Origin: Trichoplax adhaerens
Lineage: Eukaryota; Animalia; Placozoa
Length of the DNA: 64,000 bases
Assembly (NCBI RefSeq): GCF_000150275.1
Contig: NW_002060944.1
Span: forward strand, 3,448,152-3,512,151
Direction of reading: 5' to 3'
Shown here: positions 54,801-64,000 of the stretch, one piece after another
Numbering within the stretch: position 1 is the first letter of the stretch
How the letters are laid out: each line of letters begins with the position of its first letter
Made by a program: the position numbers and the translations under genes
Notes under the pieces: model-generated
What the model saw: only the letters and a program-made list of their open reading frames with translations
Told to the model about the DNA's origin: nothing
Database searches by the model: none

Positions 54801-56759
54801 TTGTACATTTGCATATACATCCACTGTAATTCTTTAAGAGCAAAATATGCAGAATCAAAGGAAATTTCTAAACCTGTGCCGGTTAAATAGCTTCACCGAC
54901 GATAGCCATAATTAATTAGCACAACTTTATTAATATACTGTACAGCGTACAGTATCTATCACTATACTTAATATGCTTCAAGATAGAGATGTAAATTTAA
55001 CTTAAGACTAGAGTACCAGAACACTGAGCTAAATTGTGTACAGCTGTTAGCTGCATTTAATAATTAATTAACGAAACCTCAGTACAATTTCAGTAAACTT
55101 CTTAGTTCTATTGATAAGATTAAGGTAAGTGTAATTAAAATAAAAAGATTCATTAGTGCGAGTTGCGCTAATTGCATGTAGTAAACTAGCACCAGAATTA
55201 TTTTTTATGAAATTGTAAGTAATTTACAGTAGAGGAGGTGGGATTCCTACCATGTTAGACTCATTATAATAGACGTTACTATGCATGATACTCTTTCTCG
55301 ATGATGCAATATCAGGGATTAGTCTTTTTTTAAAGTTGGCATGTAACAGCTTTAAATTAAGAGTTGCAGAACACAGCATCAGCCTCTTTCCCTATAATTA
55401 ATAGCCAATAGTGATCGCTAATTAGACAATTCAAAGCGTTGTACCAGGTACTTAACTAGGTATAGTTGAGGTTCACCTGCACTTCTATCAAATCTTGTTT
55501 ATAATAATATGGATTAACAGTTCTCCAAAGTACTCGGTAATTTTCTTCCTTTACTAGGAGTTCGTCATTTTCAAATTCAGCATCTTGGTCATTGTTGATG
55601 TTTGACACATTTTGTTTCGAGCTTACGCCTTCAAATTCATCTGGTGCTAACCTATGCGTGTCCATATCCATTTCATTCCGGAATAGATGAGCATCAAAAC
55701 TAAAAGGAGACATTTTAAGACAGCAGGATTTATCATAAAGAACAAGTTTCATTCCATCTCTGTTTAATTAACATAAGAGCATGCCTATTCAATTACTTCT
55801 TGCTTACCCTTGTGGGCTATGGTTATAATCTACTACGATTGGCTCACATGATATATTTACGTTCCTATTTCTTGAGCCTATTGCTGTAGATTATCACACA
55901 ATCTGAATTATTCTCATCCATGTTTTGAGTAGATATTCAACAAACTGTGTACGAATTATACAGGATATGTTACATTCGTTAGGTAATATTTCTACTACGA
56001 ATAATGCTGACCGGTAGGTTGGTTTTCTGTTACTCTTGTTGGATTAATCCTTTGGTAATTACTATCGCTGGTAGCTTTCCTATAGTAGTAATTGAAAGCA
56101 AGATTAATCATTATACTTTACTGTATATCAACGCCTATAATTGTAAACAAGCTAGTTGGATTTTTCTGCATTTTCTATAAAGGATACGTATAAATCATTC
56201 GTTGCATGCACATTGCACAGGTGCTACAAGGGGTAAATATCTTAATAAATCAAGTATTGCGCTACCTACAAGATCAGTATAGTATCATGTTGTCACACAC
56301 CACTAGAGACAAAGTAAGTTTACACACGATAACGCCTCTTACTGACTTAACGAGACGAGATTAGCTATATCACGGTTATTATCACCAAATAGTTCAGCTC
56401 TAACGACTAAATACTATAGTATAGCTATAGCGCCACTGATAGTGTAGATGAGGTAGTCAGAGAATGATCTACTATTGATTACTGAAGAAATCTTAACAAC
56501 CAAGATTGTAGTCTTGCCAATTCAATAGCAATTGACAAACTAGTTAACTCACTAACCGACTACTAACTACAAAGTGATCTTCATGCACTAGCCTTTTCTA
56601 GTCTCGTCAGAAACTCCTGGAGCACATAAAGTAAAACTATCCTTCTATAGTTATAGGAACTAATATGATAAGGATACTAATATTACTATGCGTATGATTC
56701 ACTCAATGTCAAGCTTGGTTTACCTCCACATTACACGTCAAGATTGCTCACCTCTTCAT
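48846..56759 (-). CDS. DROSHA: Drosha (class 2 RNase III): central Platform/PAZ-like domain, RIIIDa, RIIIDb and dsRBD, ~30+ exons
   Basis: Minus-strand exons translate colinearly with recalled human Drosha: ICKCTTNKKGLLH, FYHYRIAIWPSVNF, PTVIRKNNNEYVFEGFS, KPSTIRVD, HALLLPTLVHHIRFH..IGYSF, SLFNCGIKNPHY, NETLEYLGDA (~51570-51600), IANGVEALFGAMYL, LTDFEESIGVEF, QRLEFLGDA (~50268-50294), MADILESFIGALFID, DPKSRL and GIGSSIKMAEKNAASKAL. The stop is at 48846-48848. The 5' end is uncertain: an in-frame ATG exists at 55671, and small upstream exons may extend to ATG 56759. Confidence 0.93.
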
Positions 56760-57084
56760 CTTGGCTTTGAAATGATTTCTTACAGCATTCTACTCAGATG
56801 CGATCATCCAATGCATATGCAGTTTATCCAATCTATGTAAAATTGAGTCTTTCTACTAGTGTAGCTGCACTAACTTCTGCTTAATATATCAACCAGACTT
56901 TTCTGCATTAATTTTGTTGAACTTTGCCCTTCTCAAGCCACTATTAAGAGACCGAAACAGGAAGCAGATTCGATTACTGATCTGCTCTCAGCCCTCAGGT
57001 CCTTTCATCGATTTTCCAGTACTGGACAGTATTATACGTCCAGCAGTAGATACAAACTGACTAGTGTACCATGCCACAGTACGG

Positions 57085-57226
57085 AATCGATGTCACTCGT
57101 CCGAACAGAGCTTTTGGCCAGTTGGTGACATGATTTTTTATTCCAGAATATAGTCTAGTCTGGGATCGGGAACAGAATGATGTCACGTCGCCTCTACTGC
57201 ATTTAGGCCATTGGCGACATGATTTT
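57085..57226. repeat. Two diverged copies of a ~50-nt self-complementary element upstream of Drosha
   Basis: Copy 1 (57085-57135): AATCGATGTCAC..TTTTGGCCAGTTGGTGACATGATT. Copy 2 (57176-57224): AATGATGTCACGTCGCC..TTTAGGCCATTGGCGACATGATT. Confidence 0.7.
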
Positions 57227-58052
57227 AGCTCGATCTGGGCAATTAAACGCCGGTTTTAGCTCTGGCTTTTTACTCAATCCCTACGATTTTTACTACAAAC
57301 TACTGTCTAAAGTACTGTAGCTGTTTGTGTTTGCCCACGGCACATTTGTTGCAAATATTGTACTCTCCTTATTATGAAGCTCAGCAATAAGCATTCGTCA
57401 GCACCAACTGCAGTTGTCGGCAATGCATGCAATCTTTTAGAACTTTAAAATGCCAATCATAAACAGCAGTTGAAGTATCTCTTGCATACTACAAACGGAA
57501 GTCTTTCTTTATTGCAGTTCAGCTGTCTAATACAACATTTTAGAAGATAGACCATGACAGAGTATGGATTAATTAACCTACAGAATGAATACATGTTACA
57601 ACGATCCGTGTTGCTCTTCATGAGAAATATTATTATCGTACGGTACATCGTTAATAAAGCGTGAAGTTGTATACTCCACGTTAAATAATCGTGGAGCTGA
57701 AAGTAAAATAGTTCATAGCTTGATCTCGTACAGCAATAGACGACGTAAGTGCAATAAACTAACGAAAACGAAACAAGAATTCCTGCTGGCACTTTTCTGC
57801 AAAGGCATGCTACTATTGCAGCACATTTGTTTTTTATAAAATGGTCAATTCTGCTGTGTGTTACTACAATAGCTAGCTAATTTTGTCATACGCGTACAAG
57901 TACAGCAGTAAAAACATAACAGTTATTTATTTTCAAATAAAAGCTATTGGTGAACGGCCTTCAGGTGTACAGTATATAGAAATCAAATGAGCTACCATAC
58001 AGTATACAGTACAATACATTAAATTGGCAAAGATCCAAATTTTATAGTCAAT

Positions 58053-58460
58053 TTAAAATAATTTGGAAGATCCGTCGGCATGAAAATATTGCAACAAATA
58101 GCAACAGCAAAATATTTGAGTGACTTTGTGGCCGACGGAAATGATATAAAGTGTTAAAGGATATCCTTGGAAGGACACGTGTGGCGCGTCGAGTGCAGCT
58201 ATTAACACCGCCAAGACAGTAGCGGTATGGCAAGCACTGAATTGGCTTTGGCTCAAAAACCACTGATCCAAGACATATCCTAGCGATAGAGAGCACATCC
58301 AGGTAATGAAAAAAGGCATAAAGGAAGGCTTAGGCTCCTTGTCTCTGAGTACAATTTTAATCCAGGGATTACCGAAGAGAAGAGGCGAATACCAGAACGC
58401 CCCAATGATTTGATCCACTACGAGGTAAGATACGAGTCTGACCCAAAGTTCGTAAGCCAT
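58053..58460 (-). CDS. DUF1761-family four-helix membrane protein, copy 1 (intronless CDS, 135 aa)
   Basis: Signature IGAFWYSPLLFGNPW followed by three more hydrophobic segments and a C-terminal PH..F...P...Y.I..GH pattern. Paralogous to the ORF at 61888. Confidence 0.8.
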   Translation of the reverse strand: MAYELWVRLVSYLVVDQIIGAFWYSPLLFGNPWIKIVLRDKEPKPSFMPFFITWMCSLSLGYVLDQWFLSQSQFSACHTATVLAVLIAALDAPHVSFQGYPLTLYIISVGHKVTQIFCCCYLLQYFHADGSSKLF

Positions 58461-59007
58461 GTCTTGTTATTTCCGTAAAACTAAGAATAGCTAAAAAAAA
58501 GCGCAAATAGAAAGAGGTTGGAAAATAAGAAAACGAGCCAACTTGAATTAGACCTGAATTTTATACAGTAGACAAGCCTGATGATGACACTATCATGCAC
58601 GTTGTTCATGTTGCATCCAGTTTTGTTGTATAACATTGTCCATCTCACAGTCAATACTAGCACATTGCTGTATTCCTGGAGGTCACTGGATGAGCATTCG
58701 AATGCAGCAGCGTTGCTCTACCGCTGACTTTTGTATACTGTCTGTTTTTAACTCGCTAAGCAATAATCTCAGCAAGATTGCAGATACTTGGCTACAGTCC
58801 ATATGCAATGCAATCCATCAAGCTTGGCAAATACAATAACAGAGGTAAGATAATCATACCATCGACTTGTATACTCTAATCTTACCTTGAAAAGAAGAGC
58901 AAAATTGAAAAGATGCCTGCAAATTCTTGTCTCCTTTAGCAGCGAACAATCGACAATATTAGTCCAGCATTCAAGGTCTCAAGTGCATCTGTAGGCAATG
59001 CGCTTGC

Positions 59008-59015
59008 CTTATATA
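59008..59015 (-). promoter_or_regulatory. Putative TATA box for DUF1761 copy 1
   Basis: Minus-strand TATATAAG lies ~125 nt upstream of a strong donor AAG|GTAAGA (58885). That donor pairs with the acceptor TTTTTTTTAG (58491) just before ATG 58460. Confidence 0.45.
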
Positions 59016-61887
59016 ACTGAATGTTAACTAAGGGTTATGCTAGCCCATACCATACATTCATACTGTACACTGTAATCGGTTACAGGTAGAGTACAGACGC
59101 ATGAGTAGTTTACTGCATACTGTAACTGTACTCTACTGGACTGTATAGAGTAGTTGTGCTTTGGGGCTAATGGGACAAGTCTCAACTTGCATTTGCCTAT
59201 GTTGACATGGCATCAGCAACCATTTCCGAAATTGTGGGCCTTGGACACATGTTGACAAATAAACTATTTACTGTTTTATGCAGAATGTAAATACAAATGC
59301 ATATTCTATCCAGCAACGCATTCATTTTATGTTAACAAGCAGAACCCCCTGTACCTTCGTAGAGCTATTAGTGAATCATACAGCAATGGAATCAAATTGC
59401 TCTCAAGCAAGCAGATACATCGATTGTTATTTTTGCAGCAAGACGAAGCAGTTTAAAGGAGAATTTGGCGCCATTCCATCGGACTACACCACAATACCAT
59501 GTGCTTAAATTACTCGAGCAATGTACAGTCTAGTGTACACAGTAATGTTCTATCTTTGCTGTTGAACTGAATAAATGTCAACATCTGACAGAGCGACAAA
59601 ATCCTGCAGCGAAAAATAGCTGGACAGTAATTTAATTTCGCTACAAAATTAAGCTGGAAAGTCAATCCTTTTTTCTCCAATCACGTCAACGGTCCCAACA
59701 CAATGCCATAGTTATGTCTATTTTACTGTAGTATTTGTTCATGACTTTATACTACGGCATAATCTTTTAATCCTGATAGATATTTATTCTGAACAAATAG
59801 ACTCATCCATGGACTACTAGATTACAGGTTATATCGAGTAGTCCATGAACATGACTCATCGTAGTCACGGTTGATAGAAATAAATTACTACGTATTCTAA
59901 TTAAAGACACTGTGCACCAAAATTATCCATGAGGTACGTATGAGCTCATCTTTTGCATCTCTGAAAGTGAGCGTGAAATTAAGGTATGTAAAGTAAATGG
60001 CAATATACCAAACCGAGCAAGCAGAGAAAGTGCTATACACCTAGTGTACGTTACTTTTCGTGATGCTTATCCGGAAATTAAAAGGCTAACAAAGAAAAAG
60101 GAGTTCGCGAGAATCCTGACTGCCGTATGCCTTTATGCACACTTTGAAACGTAACCGTCTATTGAAAAAAATTGATATCAAAGCAGACATGAATAATATT
60201 TAAAATTTCCGTGATACTATTACGGTCACATCTGACGATGCCTTAAACAATACGTTCATATAATTAGTTCAATAATTAAATCAGGTTGAAACCTTATTTT
60301 TCCATCAAAACTTAATGTTTATTTTTCATCTAGTGTATGGCACTAGCTAAATAGCGCACAGTATTTGTCTATTTACCTTACCCTGAAAAAACAAAATTCC
60401 TCAAGAGAGATGCCAATCTGGACGGGTTGACTGTAATTGTGGTCTCTACAGTAGTTGTGAGCAGCAAGCCCATGAAATTTGTAGCACAATACGTACTTTC
60501 ATGTACAGTAGTGTTATTTACTTCGAAGCAGAATTTAACAAATTTTCGAGTACTCGGGGAGATAAATTTAGTTCTAACTGTGCCGCTAGCTAACTTCCAA
60601 CGGAAATGTTCTTCTTGTACGAGTATATTCTTTACAGTATTGAACTGCCTACAGTACATACAAGCACAAAATCGGAACATGTTGCCGACATGTTGTGTAC
60701 TTTGCAAATAACAGCACGTTGCATTTAGCAACTTTACAGCATGCTCTACAGCATTGAAAAAGAGTCTGATAACATTTTTATCATACTGCATCTCGGACAT
60801 TCACATATTAGTACAGTACTATACTGTACTATAGTCTGCAGCTATTTGATGTAACTTGAAATACCAGCATACTGGCAAATATTTCGAATCCGAGCTCTGC
60901 AAACGATGCCAAAAATTCTGAGTGGATGACAGTTTATTAACATGAGAATACTGTGTAAAATGCAAAAAAGTTGGATTCTATCCAAAAATACTCATTTGGA
61001 TCAATTGCTTTTCATTATCTTTCATACTGTACTGTTATTGCTTGATCACTCTTGCAGCCAAGTGCACTATTCTATTCTTTCTTACGATATACGAGTACAA
61101 TATATGATCACTGTAACTGTAGGTGATAGAAATACTAGCATGCTTTAGCAGAAGCCTTGGAGGAAATATCGCAAGGTTTTATTGAACCAAGTACAACTTT
61201 AAAATCAATGAACGTTTCATTGCAATTGAGCATGTATCCCAAGGAAACAGTACTAATGCATACTGCTGCTAGTCTTGAAGCACAATGTGCAAAATTTGAA
61301 AATAGAACGTATCACGAAATCAATCATACACGAATAGGTACTATGAGATTTGAACATTATGTTTATCATTGCGAAGCCGCAGCTCATGGCTACAAACTTC
61401 GAATGAAAGTCTTGTAAAACAAGGCATTTACGAATTTGACTAGCAAGTAGCGATAAGTAGCAATACCTTGCCTACACTTCATCAGTGAATCAACATGTAA
61501 AGCATTATCGTGGTATGTTTTTACATTTGTCCAAAGCAACACGAGTGCATTGTACTTTGATAGATGCAAATTGAGAGAACATTGCATAATTTAACAATAA
61601 CCGCAATTGTAAGATTGTACATTTACTTGCATTAAAGACAACGAATCAAATATAAAAACTAGCTATTCGTGTTAATCACGACATGAGAAAGATCTTCAGG
61701 TCATGGAGCGATATGGATGTACAGAGGCACATCTACACGCTAGACATACTACGGTATACAGTACTGCATAAAGCAACTCTAATTTACAACATGCATGTGG
61801 TCTTAAAAGCCACCTTACAAGAAATAGATCAATTGATTGGCTTTGATCCTTCATCTCTCACCGCAAAGGAAAGCACCAACATTTTGA

Positions 61888-62289
61888 TTACTGTTGATGA
61901 ATCAGATAACGATGTATGTAGGCCATGGCTGCAACACAGGCAATACTATGGCTACAATCGATTAAATAGACTATTGGAGACCACTGAGAGAAGGCAAATT
62001 GAGGTGCTGCAAGAGCCATGATTACAACCGACGCAATGGCAAGAGTTGGAACGAAGCCATAAGTTGTTTGTGTGCCAAACCATACATACAGCAAGTAGGA
62101 CGCGACGACATTACTTGTAAACGAGATGAGATAAGGTAAGACAGAGTTATCATTTTCCATTTTACGATTCGGAATCTTGTAAACGCGTGTATACCAAGCT
62201 TGACCAAACAGTATACCGTACCATAAAGCGCCAAGAATATGAGCTGGTATAGCAACTGCAACAATGAGACCAATTTCAACTAGATTCAT
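61888..62289 (-). CDS. DUF1761-family four-helix membrane protein, copy 2 (intronless CDS, 133 aa from ATG 62289)
   Basis: MNLVEIGLIVAVAIPAHILGALWYGILFGQAW...APQFAFSQWSPIVYLIDCSHS carries the family signature. A minus-strand TATAAA lies at ~62434-62439 and a polypyrimidine-CAG lies just before the ATG. Confidence 0.82.
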   Translation of the reverse strand: MNLVEIGLIVAVAIPAHILGALWYGILFGQAWYTRVYKIPNRKMENDNSVLPYLISFTSNVVASYLLYVWFGTQTTYGFVPTLAIASVVIMALAAPQFAFSQWSPIVYLIDCSHSIACVAAMAYIHRYLIHQQ

Positions 62290-62540
62290 TGTGATACGTC
62301 TGGAGAAAACGGAAAGCAACAAGACAAAAAAGTAGATGCAAATGCTTCAAAACTTTGCCAAGCTCAGGTGGAACTTTTCGACGAGCAGATTTTTTAGCAG
62401 CACTTAAAGTGGACAACGCGATCACGGTTGGCATTTATACTGTACTGTACCCGCCTCAGGAGATCACGGCCTCTACAATGCAAACCTTATAGTACTCTGT
62501 AGTCTGTACTGTAGCGTACTGAATTTTCTAGCTTAAGCGC

Positions 62541-62566
62541 AGTACAGTACAGTACAGTACAGTACA
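62541..62566. repeat. (AGTAC)5 microsatellite in a TACAG/CTGTA-rich patch
   Basis: AGTACAGTACAGTACAGTACAGTACA read directly. Confidence 0.9.
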
Positions 62567-62989
62567 TTCTGTAAACACACTACAGTACGCAGTACTGTAG
62601 ACCATAAACATGAATATGGATGAAGCTGAGCTCGATGTGTCTGGACACGCAACTTTCAAAACATAAAGTTTGAAGTTTTTATTGACTGTTAATTAATTGA
62701 ATTAAAGGCCCCGACACCACAATTAGTAACATGATTCTTCCCATATTATTTTGAAAACTCAGTATGTACTTACAAGGCAACGTGTTCTACAGTTGGCAAA
62801 TTACTTAGTATAGATACTGCACGCATCAAAAAATGCGTTATGTCATCGTTGTAAAAAGGTCGTCGGGTAGTCGCCTATCAGTGGGCAGTATGGTAGTTGA
62901 GGAATGCTTTAGTTATGAACAGTTTTGACAACATCATGGTCCGACTGTCATTGATTCAATTAACAAATTTTGTTGCAGAATGCATATGC

Positions 62990-63900
62990 ATAAATGAAGA
63001 TTTCGTTTTATACGGTATATATCCAAGTAGCCTATAATATAAACGCATGAGTCGTACAGTCTCATTCAATCGATGCAATATTGGCATAGGTTCAATGACT
63101 GCTGCAATGTAATTACATCCATTAGGTCGGTCAGAAATTTCTGTAGATAGTGTATATCATTATTATTATTATTATTATTATTATGAGATCCTGAGCCTAA
63201 GGGTCTCTAGCGCGCATGCTGCATATACGTGTACACAAAATGAAAATTTCAATCGATATACAGCCTGTGATATAAACTCGTGACTCGTTAGATACGGTAA
63301 GGTAGTAACCAACAAGTCTCAATCAATCGATTCATTGTATATTGGCATAGATTCTAATAACTATTACTACTGCACTTACATCCATTAGATTAATGGAATT
63401 TCTGTAAAATAGTACATACAAGCGTGTATGCTGTACTAATGAAAATTGTATTCTATACAGTATACATACGATATACATGCATGTATAAGTAGTCTTTAAT
63501 AGAGTAAACTCGTGAGTTGTTGGATACAGCAATATCTAACAAGTCTCTATCAATCATTGGCATAGATTTAAACATCGCTGCATTACACTTAAGGCATACC
63601 GTACAAAGTAAATGGATCTACAAGTAGCCTTTAATATAAACTCGTAGTCGTTGAATACCGTAATAACTGAAAAATTTTAATCAATCAATTATTGGCATAG
63701 ATTCAATTATGCTGCTGACTGTACTTACATGCATTAGCTTCTGTAAATAGGGTATATGTAATATGCAATAATAAAGATTTCGCTTTATAGGATATATACG
63801 CATCCTCTGGTACCTGCATGCTACTATAACCTTTAATTTAACAAATTACCAATTAATCATTCCTTGACATAGATTTAAGTAGTTCTGCTGTACTTATATC
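62990..63900. repeat. Degenerate tandem array, 4-5 irregular units (~135-260 bp)
   Basis: ATTGGCATAG(A/G)TT recurs at ~63080, 63340, 63556, 63691 and, degenerate, at 63862. TAGCCT.TAATATAAACTCG.GA.TCGTT-like blocks recur at ~63027, 63260, 63489 and 63624. Confidence 0.75.
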
Positions 63901-64000
63901 ATGTTATTATCCTTTTTATTGTTCTTTTGTAGACTATCAATGTGGTGAAAGATAACCTGGACAATTCATAGTACTTTTTGCAATAGTATAATCATTATCA

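Noticed and set aside
48846-56759. Dicer as the identity of the tandem RNase III gene
   Set aside because: There is no helicase or DUF283 region, and the central-domain and RIIID motifs follow Drosha colinearly.
60378-62021. ORFs 60378-60800(-), 60427-60711(+), 61157-61417(+), 61683-62021(+)
   Set aside because: They have no domain motifs or coherent splice structure, and the last is mostly antisense to DUF1761 copy 2 and its 3'UTR.

Overview
This is AT-rich, intron-dense animal genomic DNA with mostly 70-130 nt GT-AG introns and pervasive TACAG/CTGTA motifs. The style and gene content are most consistent with a placozoan (Trichoplax-like) genome, which is an inference. The ORF track is therefore fragmentary, and I built gene models by hand from splice sites and reading-frame continuity. 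Genes in order: the 3' part of a FAM102/EEIG1 gene (+); a ~2,200-aa PRRC2/BAT2 gene (+); a procollagen galactosyltransferase COLGALT ending in HDEL (+); a small orphan gene with SxIP and RVxF motifs (+); a ~47-exon CCDC180 ciliary gene with an RFX X-box promoter and a U12-type AT-AC intron (+); a complete, catalytically intact but N-terminally reduced Drosha (-); and two paralogous DUF1761 membrane-protein genes with intronless CDSs (-), which are horizontal-transfer candidates. Several unrelated local tandem arrays are present, three with a ~207-222 bp period upstream of gene starts. The most interesting leads are the divergent Drosha with a duplicated hairpin element upstream, the DUF1761 pair, the AT-AC minor intron, and an overlapping uORF on the PRRC2 start codon.
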